A stretch of 64,000 bases of DNA from positions 1 through 64,000 of the forward strand of contig JAVYPJ010000002.1 of the NCBI GenBank assembly GCA_038733315.1, given 5' to 3'. This document shows positions 49,578-59,183 of the stretch, one piece after another. The DNA comes from Candidatus Aenigmatarchaeota archaeon. GTDB lineage: Archaea > Aenigmatarchaeota > Aenigmatarchaeia > CG10238-14 > SpSt-28. The position numbers were made by a program, and so were the translations under genes. The notes beneath the pieces are model-generated. The model did not search any database and was not told where the DNA came from. It saw nothing but the letters and a program-made list of their open reading frames with translations. Position 1 is the stretch's first letter; each line of letters opens with the position of its first letter.

Positions 49578-51851
49578 ATGGAAAAAAAGGTTTGGGATAA
49601 GTCTATAGAAGAAGAGATTTTAAACGTTTGGAAAAGTGAAAAAATTGTTTTTCCAAGAGGAAAGAAAACAATAATAATAGATACTCCACCACCATATACT
49701 GGACCTTTTTGGCATATTGGAGCAGTTCTAAGCTATACTTTACAAGATATTATTGCAAGAATATTCAGAATGCTCGGATATAATGTTATATTTCCGATAG
49801 GTTTTGATAGGAATGGAATTCCTGTTGAATGGTATGTAGAAAAGTATGAAAAAGTTAGCATTAATGATGTTGGTAGAGAAAAATTCTTAGAGATATGCAA
49901 ATCAAACTTAGATAAATATACAGAAAAAATGAAAGAAATTTTAATAAGAGTTTTGTGTAGCTATGATTTTGAAAATGTATATCTAACAGATAGCGAAGAT
50001 TATAGAGCTTTAACTCAAAGAACTTTTATAGAGCTTTTTAAAAAAGGACTTATATACGAAGATTATAGGCCAAATACATATTGTCCAAGGTGCAAAACTA
50101 CAATTGCTTTAAGCGAAATAGATAGAGAAGAAACGAATTCAAAACTTTATTACATTAAGTTTAAAATAAAAGATAACGAAGAAGATCTCATAATAGCAAC
50201 TACTAGACCAGAGCTTATAGAAGCATGCAGATTAATTGCGTACAATCCAAAAGATAAAAGATATAAAAGATTAAAGAATAAAAAAGCGATTGTTCCGATT
50301 TTTAACTTAGAGGTTCCGATTATAGAAAGAAAAGAGATTGACATGAATTTCGGAAGCGGAATAATGATGGTTTGCTCTTATGGAGATTTAGATGATGTAA
50401 GAATTCTAAATGAAGAAAAAATCGAGCCAAAAATATTAATTGATGAAGAGGGAAAATACATTGGAGAAAAATATAAGGGAAAAACTTTAAGAGAAGTTAG
50501 AGAGTTAATTTTAAATGAATTAAGGGAAAATGGACTAATAATAAAAGAAGAAGATGTTATACAGAATTTGCCTGTACATGATAAGTGCAGAACTCCAATC
50601 GAAATAATTCCAATGAAAGAATTTTATTTAAAACAAATCGATTTTAAAGACGACATTTTAAAAATAGCTAAAAAGCTTAAGTTTTATCCAAAAGAGCATA
50701 AAAAAAGACTAATTAATTGGATAAAATCTATAACCATAGATTGGCCGATTTCGAGAAGAAGATATTATGCTACAGAAATTCCATTGTGGTACTGTAAAAA
50801 ATGCGGTAATATATTTTATTTTGAGGATGGAAAATATCATCAGCCATGGAAAGAAAAAATAGATGTTATTTGCAATAAGTGCGGAAGTAATGAGTGGATT
50901 GGCGAAGAAAGAACCTTAGATACTTGGTTTGACAGCTCAATAACAATTTTATATTTAACAAAATATGGTAGTAATGATTTTGAAAGATTGTTTTCTTCTA
51001 TTAAACTTAGGCCCCAAGGCTATGATATAATAAGAACATGGCTTTATTATACTTTACTAAGAGTGTATCAGCTAACAAATAGACCTGCTTTTGAAATAGT
51101 AGTTATAAATGGCATGGGCTTAGATGCAGAAGGTAGAAAAATGAGTAAAAGCTTAGGCAATGTTATATATCCAGAAGAAATTTTTGAAGAAATGGGTATA
51201 GAGCCATTAAGACTTTGGTTTGCTACAGAAATTAATATAGGAAATGATTATAGAATAGATAAGCAAAAGGCAGCTGGAATGAAATCATTCTTAACTAAAT
51301 TAGTTAATATAGCCAATTTTATATCTCAATTTAAATACGAGAAAAAAGTTATTGATAAGCCAAGCGACGTTTGGATAGTAAGCCTTTTAATGAAAACTAA
51401 GAGCGAAGTTTTAACTCACTATAAAAATCTTGAAATTTCTGAGGCAGCTAGAAAGATTTATACTTTTACTTGGGATATATTTGCATCTCATTATATAGAA
51501 ATGGTTAAGCGAAGAGTTTATAATAATGATGAATCTGCAAAATATACTTTATATTTTGTTTTTGGAGAAGTATTGAAATTATTAGCACCAATAATTCCAG
51601 CAACTTGTGATTATTTGTATAGGGAGATTTATGGAAAGAGCATATTGTCTGAAACTTTTGGAAATGTTAATAAAAAATTAATAAATGAAAATCTATTGGC
51701 AAAGACAAACAGAATTTTAGAGTTTAATAGTTATATTTGGAAAAAGAAAAAAGAGCTAAATCTAAGTCTTAAGGACCCAATTAATGAAAAGGTTTGGGAA
51801 GATTTAAAGGAGTTTGAGAGCGATTTAATTCTTATGCATAATTTACAGTAA
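49578..51851 (+). CDS. valS: Valine--tRNA ligase
   Basis: DTPPPY..WHIGA, ATTRPE, DWPISR, DTWFDSS, KMSKS. Confidence 0.93.
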   Translation: MEKKVWDKSIEEEILNVWKSEKIVFPRGKKTIIIDTPPPYTGPFWHIGAVLSYTLQDIIARIFRMLGYNVIFPIGFDRNGIPVEWYVEKYEKVSINDVGREKFLEICKSNLDKYTEKMKEILIRVLCSYDFENVYLTDSEDYRALTQRTFIELFKKGLIYEDYRPNTYCPRCKTTIALSEIDREETNSKLYYIKFKIKDNEEDLIIATTRPELIEACRLIAYNPKDKRYKRLKNKKAIVPIFNLEVPIIERKEIDMNFGSGIMMVCSYGDLDDVRILNEEKIEPKILIDEEGKYIGEKYKGKTLREVRELILNELRENGLIIKEEDVIQNLPVHDKCRTPIEIIPMKEFYLKQIDFKDDILKIAKKLKFYPKEHKKRLINWIKSITIDWPISRRRYYATEIPLWYCKKCGNIFYFEDGKYHQPWKEKIDVICNKCGSNEWIGEERTLDTWFDSSITILYLTKYGSNDFERLFSSIKLRPQGYDIIRTWLYYTLLRVYQLTNRPAFEIVVINGMGLDAEGRKMSKSLGNVIYPEEIFEEMGIEPLRLWFATEINIGNDYRIDKQKAAGMKSFLTKLVNIANFISQFKYEKKVIDKPSDVWIVSLLMKTKSEVLTHYKNLEISEAARKIYTFTWDIFASHYIEMVKRRVYNNDESAKYTLYFVFGEVLKLLAPIIPATCDYLYREIYGKSILSETFGNVNKKLINENLLAKTNRILEFNSYIWKKKKELNLSLKDPINEKVWEDLKEFESDLILMHNLQ

Positions 51852-51857
51852 AAAAGT

Positions 51858-52139
51858 CTAATCTTTTTCTCGATTTTCCTTATGTTTATAATATCGATAT
51901 AAAATTAGGATTGCGACAAAATAAGCTAGAGAGAGTGTTGGCGAAAACGCAAATACAGTTGGTAATATTACCTGCGCAGCTTGAATATTTCCTATTATTG
52001 GCAGGAGTGATAAAAAGAAGAATATAACTGCGAAATTCATTAAAGTTTTAATAAGCTCTTCGTTTTTAATTTTTTCGTTTTTTTTGTTTTGAAAATCGTT
52101 TAGAAGCGTTTCTATATTGTTTTTTACCTTTCTCCTCAT
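51858..52139 (-). CDS. Small membrane hypothetical protein
   Basis: 93 aa, two hydrophobic segments. Confidence 0.55.
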   Translation of the reverse strand: MRRKVKNNIETLLNDFQNKKNEKIKNEELIKTLMNFAVIFFFLSLLPIIGNIQAAQVILPTVFAFSPTLSLAYFVAILILYRYYKHKENREKD

Positions 52140-52184
52140 AAATATTTATTTCAATATTTTTATAATTCTTAATTATTATAGAAG

Positions 52185-52326
52185 CCCCCGGTAGCTCAAT
52201 CTGGAAGAGCGTCCGGCTGTAGATCCTTGCTATATGCAAGGGGAGCAGCCAACGCTCTAAAACGGTTTAATGAAATAATGATTGATAGAAACCGGAAGGC
52301 TGTGGGTTCAAATCCCACCCGGGGGA
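52185..52326 (+). tRNA. tRNA-Tyr(GTA) with 68-nt intron at position 37/38 (intron 52223-52290)
   Basis: C1-G72 acceptor CCCCCGG/CCGGGGG-A; anticodon arm TCCGG-CTGTAG|A-CCGGA; central BHB helix CUGU/AUAG; T-arm GGTTCAAATCC. Confidence 0.92.
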
Positions 52327-52334
52327 TTATTTTT

Positions 52335-53654
52335 TTATTCTTTTCTAAAAATTTTTAATCCAAAATATACTCCACCTAATGCAGTTAAAAATGAAATTCC
52401 TATTATAATTGCAATAATTGATGGCTCAGTTAAAATTACTAATCCAGTTGGTATTGTTTGCTGAGGAATTGTTGGAGTTGGGCAATCCTGTGGGCAGTTT
52501 CTCCAATCTTCTCCTACTTCACACACATTATTTCCACATACAGGCTTAGGTAATTCTACAACTCTTTCAATTATTGGTTGCGTAATGTTTGTTATGTTAT
52601 AATATATTGGAGTTTCTATAATTCTTTCTTTTTCAACTATTCTTTCTGTTGGAATTGCTATAAATTCTCTTTGAATTTGAATTAATGGCTGAGGAGTATA
52701 ATAAGAAGTAAATATACCATAGATGCCAAACGAATTAACTATTGCATAAGCATATGCTAAGCTTTCGTTTACAATTATTACTCCGCTTGCAGTTACTAAT
52801 TTCCATATGTTATCTTCTAGCTTATAAAATCTTATGTTTGATACATCTAAATTTTTTGAAACTAATAGGCTTGGATTGAAATAATATCTAATTTCTGCTA
52901 ATCCAGAAAATGAAGAAAGATTTTTTGTATTAAGATATATTATTCCTACCGGCCTTTCTTTTGGATTATTTCCAATAAAAATAGTTGAGTAAATCGCTAC
53001 TGATAAATTCATAGATTGATTGTTCTGAAGATAAAATTCTAAATATTCATAGGTTGGGTAATCTATTCTTAATACTCCTTTTCCTTCTTTTATTTCAACA
53101 ATAGGCTCTATTAACAATATTCCTATTTCGCTCATTAATTCGAAAGTAATATTAAATCTTGCTGGTTCTAATGCTGGGTGAGAATATACTTTTATTGTTA
53201 GATTATTTTCGCTTAATGGTTGTAAGATATAGAAATATGTTTCGTTATAACAATAAAAGGATAGCATATTATTTGACGGTTCTTCAAAATAATCGCCAGT
53301 TTGCTCAAAGTATATAGGAGGTAATTCGCATTTCAAATAATATTCAATCGGAGGTATTCCTGCTATCATAGGTTTAGATAAGAGGTATGCTTCTACATTA
53401 AATTCGTTACCATTTAAAACATAGTTAACATCTTCTGGAGTTATATTTACCCTTACAACTAATGGCGCCCAATCATTTACTCTATACTTAAAGTATACTA
53501 TAGCTTCAGAAACCCCTCCTGCATAAATGCTAGTATCGAATTCTTTTACTATTGTAACATCTTTAAGTGGATTAATTAATAATACTTGAGATAGAGATAA
53601 ATTTATTAAAATGCTTGCAAATATTATTGCTATTAGTATTGTTTTTGCGTTCAT
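52335..53654 (-). CDS. Membrane-anchored surface protein (PGF-pre-PGF-like domain, Cys-rich CGNNVCE..C..DC motif, C-terminal TM)
   Basis: Signal peptide; NIRFYKL..WKLV..VNSFGIYGI; PTG followed by a TM helix and basic tail. Confidence 0.8.
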   Translation of the reverse strand: MNAKTILIAIIFASILINLSLSQVLLINPLKDVTIVKEFDTSIYAGGVSEAIVYFKYRVNDWAPLVVRVNITPEDVNYVLNGNEFNVEAYLLSKPMIAGIPPIEYYLKCELPPIYFEQTGDYFEEPSNNMLSFYCYNETYFYILQPLSENNLTIKVYSHPALEPARFNITFELMSEIGILLIEPIVEIKEGKGVLRIDYPTYEYLEFYLQNNQSMNLSVAIYSTIFIGNNPKERPVGIIYLNTKNLSSFSGLAEIRYYFNPSLLVSKNLDVSNIRFYKLEDNIWKLVTASGVIIVNESLAYAYAIVNSFGIYGIFTSYYTPQPLIQIQREFIAIPTERIVEKERIIETPIYYNITNITQPIIERVVELPKPVCGNNVCEVGEDWRNCPQDCPTPTIPQQTIPTGLVILTEPSIIAIIIGISFLTALGGVYFGLKIFRKE

Positions 53655-54172
53655 GGTCCTAATGGCCTAACTTCTAATCTTGTTTCTGGACCGAAATATA
53701 TTGTGCAAGGTTGATTTTCACAACTTATTCTAACTACTAGATTATTTATATTAACAGTGCCGTTAGTATTGTAAGATCCCGAAATTATATAACTTCCATT
53801 GACAGTTATATAACTGTTACCAGTAAAAGAACATATTTGAGAATTACCATTGAATAATCTTGCTTCTATTTGCCCGCCATTAGAAGAAACGTTAAGATAT
53901 ATGGTCCAATTAGCAGGATACCATTCAACATTGGGAAGATCTATACTAAATCCAACAGTAGTTCCTTTAGATTTGGATGCATCAAGTGTAATACTACCAC
54001 TTCCAGGTTCATTTAGTTTTAATTTGTACTCGTCGTCTGAATAATCCAAATAAAATATTGGTGGATTTACATTTACATTAACATTCGCTTTTGCATAATA
54101 ATCTAAAATTCCAGCAATCGATAAGCTAAATATAGATACTAGCATTATAGCTAATATAATTCCTTTTTTCAT
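53651..54172 (-). CDS. Secreted beta-rich protein, paralog of the upstream gene (putative fibre subunit)
   Basis: Likely start 54172: MKKGII...SLSIA|GILDYYAKANVNVNV. Confidence 0.7.
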   Translation of the reverse strand: MKKGIILAIMLVSIFSLSIAGILDYYAKANVNVNVNPPIFYLDYSDDEYKLKLNEPGSGSITLDASKSKGTTVGFSIDLPNVEWYPANWTIYLNVSSNGGQIEARLFNGNSQICSFTGNSYITVNGSYIISGSYNTNGTVNINNLVVRISCENQPCTIYFGPETRLEVRPLGP

Positions 54173-54201
54173 TATTGCTGCGTTTATTTTTTTCTTCGTC
54201 A

Positions 54202-54240
54202 TGTCTTAGGCGATTTGTATTATTTTACTCGCCTAAGACA
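54202..54240. other. Perfect 12-bp intergenic inverted repeat (stem-loop)
   Basis: TGTCTTAGGCGA (54202-54213), 15-nt loop, TCGCCTAAGACA (54229-54240). Confidence 0.75.
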
Positions 54241-54286
54241 AAAATAAAAAAGATAAGAGGAGAGCATAGTCATACTATAATTACTT

Positions 54287-54943
54287 TTATGCTGGTAATA
54301 CTGTTACTGTTAATGTATATGTCTTTGGCTCTGTTGCTGGATTCCAAACTACGTATAAATTATCTATTGTTAGTACTGAATTACTTGGTGTTAGCTTAAG
54401 ACCTGTTATTATTAATTCTTTCGTGTATCTTGTAACTGTAATTTGGCCAATGATTACTTGACTATTATTCCAGCTTACACAATTCTGATTTACACATACT
54501 CCAGTATTATTTACTTTGTAAGTAGTGTTACCTATAGTAACACCATATTCTACTATTTCTTTAAGTAATTCTTCGAAATTATCTCCGAGAGTTAATTTAA
54601 TAGTTAATGGAGCTTCATTGACAACCCTTCCTAAATATTCAATCCTAACCTGATCAATTTTAGCATTATTATAATAAAATTCATTTGTTTTTCCTCCACC
54701 TACTCCTGTTGCTGTTAGAGTTATGTTTGGTGAACTTCCAGAATTGTGACTTAGTGTTGCTATTAAATTATTGCTAGCATTATATAACTCAACTACTACT
54801 CCTTGACTTACCGTTATACTTGCTGCTGCTGACGCATAGTATTCTAGAAGTCCTGCTATTGATAGTGCTGTTAGACCGAAGATTGCTAAGAAAACTGCTA
54901 GGGCCCTTATCATCGCTTTGTTTGCATTTATGCCCTTTTTCAT
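54287..54943 (-). CDS. Secreted beta-rich protein (putative major fibre subunit)
   Basis: Likely start 54943: MKKGINANK...ALSIA|GLLEYYASAAASITVSQ; ends YTLTVTVLPA. Confidence 0.7.
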   Translation of the reverse strand: MKKGINANKAMIRALAVFLAIFGLTALSIAGLLEYYASAAASITVSQGVVVELYNASNNLIATLSHNSGSSPNITLTATGVGGGKTNEFYYNNAKIDQVRIEYLGRVVNEAPLTIKLTLGDNFEELLKEIVEYGVTIGNTTYKVNNTGVCVNQNCVSWNNSQVIIGQITVTRYTKELIITGLKLTPSNSVLTIDNLYVVWNPATEPKTYTLTVTVLPA

Positions 54944-55024
54944 ACTTATATTAAGAAATAAAGTATTTAAAGCTTTCTTTAATGTGCATCCGAAGAAATT
55001 CACGAAAAAATTAAAAAAGCCTTT

Positions 55025-56476
55025 TTAGGCCAAAATTTTTGGGATTTCTTCAATTTTTACTCTAATTTGTTCCTTAGTATTTCTATTTCTAATTGTAACA
55101 GTATTATCTTGCAAAGTTTGATAATCTATAGTAATGCAATAAGGAATTCCAATTTCATCCGCTCTTGCATATAATTTTCCAATAGAATCACTCATATCAA
55201 AAACTACATCATCTTCAAAATATTTCTTCAAAAATTCATAAACCTCTTTGGCTTTCTTAATAATTTCTTCCTTATTTCTAACTAATGGAAAAACAGCAAT
55301 TAAATATGGAGCAATTTCTTTTGGAAAATCAAACCATAGCCAATCTCTATCTTCTCTTAGCTTATCAAAAAATATTGCTAAAATTATTCTATCTATTCCA
55401 AAGGAAGGCTCAGCAACATGTGGAATAATACCATCAAAACTTAAATTTTCTTTACTATGTTTCATATGCGTAGAAATGTCGTAATCTGTTCTATATGCAT
55501 TTCCAATAATTTCTTTCCAACCTATTTCATCAAAATAATATTCTAAATCAAAATTTCCAGCAGAATAAAATGCAGTTTCTTCTTCTAACAAATGTCTAAA
55601 TCTTAGTTTTTCCTTAGGAAATTTTAAAATTTCTGTAAAGAAAATAAACTCCTTAGCCAAAAAGTATGCTTGCCATTTTGATTTTATTATTTGTTTTTCA
55701 ACAAGTTCCTTAATAGAAATCCATTCTATTTTATCTTCTTTATTTCTTTGCGCTTCTCTAGTAACTAATGGTATTTTTACATCAAAATATTTTTCTATAG
55801 GGCAATTTTCGTTTTTTGGATCAAAAAACATCTCAATCTCTGCTTGAGTAAAGCCTCTTAACCTAATTAAGAACTGTCTTGGAGAAATTTCATTTCTAAA
55901 AGAATATCCAACTTGTATTATTGCAAATGGCAATTTTTTTCTATATGCTTTATAAATCCTTTTAAAACTTATAAAAATGTTTTGCGCAGTTTCTGGCCTT
56001 AAATAGGCTTCATAGGCGTCTAAGCTTCCGATAAAGGTTTTTAACATTAGATTAAATTCTTTTACATCTTCTAATTCGCCATTACATTCCAAACATTTAA
56101 TATTATTATTTCTTATTATTTCGTTTAACTCCGAAATACTTTTTCCCTCAACAAAAATTCCTAAAACATCTTCGATTAAATTATCTGCTCTATATATTTT
56201 TTTACACTTTTTGCATCTCGTTATAGGATCGCTAAACCTCTCTAAATGACCACTCGCTTCTACAATTTTTCTCGGCAAAATCAAATTTCCTTCAATTTCC
56301 ACAAAATTATCCTCTTTAAAAAACTTTTTCCAAATTTTAATCAGTTTTTGTTTTATTCTTAGTCCAATTTCTCCGTAATCATAGAATCCAGAAAGAGAAC
56401 CATATATCTCTGCTGTTGGAAAAATTATACCTCTCTTAATGCATAAATCATATATTTTCTCTAGCCTACTTTCCAT
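55025..56476 (-). CDS. glyS: Glycine--tRNA ligase (alpha2, archaeal/eukaryotic type)
   Basis: GFYDYG, SGH, LRPETAQ, FRNEISPR, EPSFGIDR, ADEIGIPY. Confidence 0.95.
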   Translation of the reverse strand: MESRLEKIYDLCIKRGIIFPTAEIYGSLSGFYDYGEIGLRIKQKLIKIWKKFFKEDNFVEIEGNLILPRKIVEASGHLERFSDPITRCKKCKKIYRADNLIEDVLGIFVEGKSISELNEIIRNNNIKCLECNGELEDVKEFNLMLKTFIGSLDAYEAYLRPETAQNIFISFKRIYKAYRKKLPFAIIQVGYSFRNEISPRQFLIRLRGFTQAEIEMFFDPKNENCPIEKYFDVKIPLVTREAQRNKEDKIEWISIKELVEKQIIKSKWQAYFLAKEFIFFTEILKFPKEKLRFRHLLEEETAFYSAGNFDLEYYFDEIGWKEIIGNAYRTDYDISTHMKHSKENLSFDGIIPHVAEPSFGIDRIILAIFFDKLREDRDWLWFDFPKEIAPYLIAVFPLVRNKEEIIKKAKEVYEFLKKYFEDDVVFDMSDSIGKLYARADEIGIPYCITIDYQTLQDNTVTIRNRNTKEQIRVKIEEIPKILA

Positions 56477-56484
56477 GTAATATC

Positions 56485-57438
56485 TTATTCTATAATCTTA
56501 AAATTTTTTGCTTCTTCTGATAATTCCTCCATACTTTTAAGAACGTTTCTAATCTCCTTTATATTAAGGAAATCCTCTAAATATACACTTTCCTTTTTTA
56601 AACTATCAATTTCACTACTAATTTTTGAGATTTTTTCCTCAATCTCATTGACTTTTTTATTCATATTGTTTATAAATTCTGAAAGACTTTTTTCAATTAA
56701 AGAAATTTTCTGATTTAAACTTTCTTGACTATCTATTTTTTCCTTAAGGCTGTCTATTCTTTCATTTAAATCCTCAATTCTAGGCATTACTATATTTATT
56801 ACAGCATCCTTAACAAAAGTATCGTTTTTTTCTAAGGTTTTGACATTTTCGTTGATAATTTTTTCCATTTTTTCAATTCTGTTTTTTAGTGATTTTAGTT
56901 CTTCTGCAATATCTATAGTATGACTGTTTTTGATAATTTCGTTTAGAGTATTCTCTAATTTATTTATTTTACTCTTTACTTCAGGCATTTCCTCAAAAAC
57001 TTTAACTTTTTCCTCAAAATCTTTAAATTTTTCAGAAATCAAATCAATAGATTTCTTCAGGTCAGAAGAAAAACTTTCCAAATCAGCAACCTTACTCTTT
57101 ACTTCAGGCATTTCCTCAAAAACTTTAACTTTTTCCTCAAAATCTTTAAATTTTTCAGAAATCAAATCAATAGATTTTCTTAGATCTGAAAACTCTACTT
57201 GCTTTCCAATTCCTATATTTTGTTTTAGGTTAACAATTTCTAGAACGATAACATTTATCGAATCCTCTAAATTTTCTAATTTTTCTTCGATTGACTTCAG
57301 ATTTTCCAACCTTTTCTCAATTTCTATTAACTCTTTCTTAGCAACGTTTATATCTTCAAACAATTCTTTGGGAACGTTTTTAATAAAAGAAGCAAGTTTT
57401 TCGTAATCTATTTCTCTATATTTCTTCTCTACATCCAT
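56485..57438 (-). CDS. Long coiled-coil protein with internal 41-aa tandem duplication
   Basis: Heptad-rich K/E sequence; the segment SDL.KSIDLISEKFKDFEEKVKVFEEMPEVKSK occurs twice. Confidence 0.75.
   Translation of the reverse strand: MDVEKKYREIDYEKLASFIKNVPKELFEDINVAKKELIEIEKRLENLKSIEEKLENLEDSINVIVLEIVNLKQNIGIGKQVEFSDLRKSIDLISEKFKDFEEKVKVFEEMPEVKSKVADLESFSSDLKKSIDLISEKFKDFEEKVKVFEEMPEVKSKINKLENTLNEIIKNSHTIDIAEELKSLKNRIEKMEKIINENVKTLEKNDTFVKDAVINIVMPRIEDLNERIDSLKEKIDSQESLNQKISLIEKSLSEFINNMNKKVNEIEEKISKISSEIDSLKKESVYLEDFLNIKEIRNVLKSMEELSEEAKNFKIIE
56969..57177. repeat. Direct repeat: identical 86-nt copies with 123-nt period
   Basis: 56969-57054 is identical to 57092-57177. Confidence 0.9.
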
Positions 57439-57471
57439 AAAATTATCTCTTTTAAATTAACTTAATAATAT

Positions 57472-58218
57472 ATGAGAAGGTTCGGAGCTCCGAAAAAAAA
57501 TGAATTGGTAATATGTATTCCTAAGGACATTTCACCTTTTTCTATAACTTGTAGCATATTAGAATATTCAGAATTTACGGGAATTATCAATATTAATGAA
57601 GTTTATACAAGGTGGATTGAAGATATTAGAGAATACGTAAAAATAGGTAAAACTTATATAGCAAAGGTTTTAGATGTAGATGAAGCTAAAAAAATAGCAA
57701 TTTTAAGCCTAAAAAGAGTTAAAAAAGATGAAGAAGAAAAAAAGAAAGAGGAGCTAAGGTTAGAAAAAAAATACGAAAAAATCTTAGAATTAGCGGCAAA
57801 AAAACTTGGAAAAACCTTAGAAGATGCGTATAAAGAGTTTGGATATAAAATATTAGAGAATTTTGAAACTCTATACAATTTTTTTATTAACCATAGGGAT
57901 AAATTAAGCGAATATATTCCAAAAGAGTGGTTAGAGATAATGCAAGATTTCCTAGATAAAAAAGAGGAGAAAAACTACGAAATAACCTACATTATAAAAA
58001 TTTCTACTTTTCAAAAAGAAGGAGTAAATAAAATCAAAGAATTCTTTTCTCAATTCGAAAAAAATGGTATAAAAATAACTTATTTAGGTGCTGGTAAATT
58101 CTTAGCTAAGAAAAATTCTAAAAACCCGAAAAAAGATGAAAAAATGATGTTAAATTTAATAGAAAGTGGAAAAGAAATTTTTGAAGTTTATGAATATAAA
58201 AAGCGTGAAAAGAATTAA
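57472..58218 (+). CDS. eif2a: Translation initiation factor 2 alpha subunit
   Basis: N-terminal S1 domain (P..NELVI, LSLKRV), YLGAGKF; followed by nop10 and PAC2. Confidence 0.9.
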   Translation: MRRFGAPKKNELVICIPKDISPFSITCSILEYSEFTGIININEVYTRWIEDIREYVKIGKTYIAKVLDVDEAKKIAILSLKRVKKDEEEKKKEELRLEKKYEKILELAAKKLGKTLEDAYKEFGYKILENFETLYNFFINHRDKLSEYIPKEWLEIMQDFLDKKEEKNYEITYIIKISTFQKEGVNKIKEFFSQFEKNGIKITYLGAGKFLAKKNSKNPKKDEKMMLNLIESGKEIFEVYEYKKREKN

Positions 58219-58381
58219 AAAGTGTATCTCTTGCAAATTATATACTATGAAAGACGTTTGCCCTAGATGCAAATCTCAAACAAAAACAGCGCATCCACCA
58301 AAATTTAAGTTTGCCAAGTATTTAAAATATTTTAGCGAGAAAGATATTTATGACAGTAATCAAAAACCTAAAGAAGATTAA
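58190..58381 (+). CDS. nop10: H/ACA RNP protein Nop10
   Basis: KCISCKLYTMKDVCPRC..T..AHPPKF; start uncertain (58190 ATG or 58205 GTG). Confidence 0.88.
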   Translation: MNIKSVKRIKKCISCKLYTMKDVCPRCKSQTKTAHPPKFKFAKYLKYFSEKDIYDSNQKPKED

Positions 58382-59114
58382 AGTAAAGAATGGAATTTTC
58401 TTAGAAGGAATGCCCGGCGTTGGTAACGTTGGGCTAATCGCAGCTAGTTATATAGTAGAGCAAATAGGAGCTATTCCTTTCGCTGAACTTCATAGCGAAT
58501 ATTTTGGACATGCTGTTCTAATAAGACCAAATGCTGAAATTCAGCTACTTAAGGGAGTTTTTTATTATTCTAAACCCAATAAAAAAGATATTATAATTTA
58601 TATAGGGGATCAGCAAGCGATTTCACCAGAAAAAACATTTATTTTAGTAAATAAAATCCTATCTTTTCTAAAAAGCATTGGAGTAAAATTAGTAATAACA
58701 CTTGGTGGAGTTCAAAAGAACTATCCTATTAAGCAAAGAAAAGTTTACGGTGCTGTAAGTGAAGAAAAGGTTAAAGAAAAGTTCAAAGATTTGGGAATAG
58801 ATTTTGAAAACGTTAGTAAAGATGTCGGTAGCATTATAGGTGCTGTTGGAATGCTTACTGGATATGCTAAATACTATGGAATGGAAAGTTTATGTTTATT
58901 AGCAGAGAGCTTTAGCTCACCCTTTGTACCGGACCATAAGGGAGCAAAAGCTATTCTAGAGATTTTGGAAAAGATTTTAGAACTAAAGATAGATTATTCT
59001 AGAATAAATAAAAAAATAAAAGAGCAAGAAGCTTTAGAAGAGAGGTTAACTAAGGTTCCAACGCCACAACCAAAAGAAGAGATAGATGAAAAGAGGCTAA
59101 CATATTTGGGCTAA
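58350..59114 (+). CDS. PAC2 family proteasome assembly chaperone
   Basis: EGMPGVGNVG, GDQQ, ITLGG, PDHKGA, C-terminal YLG. Confidence 0.9.
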   Translation: MTVIKNLKKIKVKNGIFLEGMPGVGNVGLIAASYIVEQIGAIPFAELHSEYFGHAVLIRPNAEIQLLKGVFYYSKPNKKDIIIYIGDQQAISPEKTFILVNKILSFLKSIGVKLVITLGGVQKNYPIKQRKVYGAVSEEKVKEKFKDLGIDFENVSKDVGSIIGAVGMLTGYAKYYGMESLCLLAESFSSPFVPDHKGAKAILEILEKILELKIDYSRINKKIKEQEALEERLTKVPTPQPKEEIDEKRLTYLG

Positions 59115-59115
59115 A

Positions 59116-59168
59116 TCAGTACTTGAGTGAGTTATCATTTAGTCAAATGATTAGATACTCATCATCAT
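59116..59168 (-). ncRNA. Box C/D guide sRNA 1
   Basis: Minus strand reads ATGATGA-GTATCTAATCAT-TTGA-ctaa-ATGATAA-CTCACTCAAGTA-CTGA: boxes C, D', C' and D with two 12-nt guides. Confidence 0.85.
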
Positions 59169-59183
59169 AAATATTTTTTGGCC

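Noticed and set aside
52223..52290. Box C/D sRNA inside the tRNA-Tyr intron
   Set aside because: Only loose ATGA/TTGA words are present; there is no properly spaced C and D (CTGA) pair.
52282..52464. 60-aa ORF from the track
   Set aside because: It overlaps the tRNA-Tyr 3' exon and lies antisense to a real gene.
56969..57177. CRISPR array
   Set aside because: Only two long in-frame copies inside a CDS; no spacers and no cas genes.
59146..59160. 16S rRNA fragment (gattagatac)
   Set aside because: Only 10 nt match; it is better explained as the antisense guide of a box C/D sRNA.
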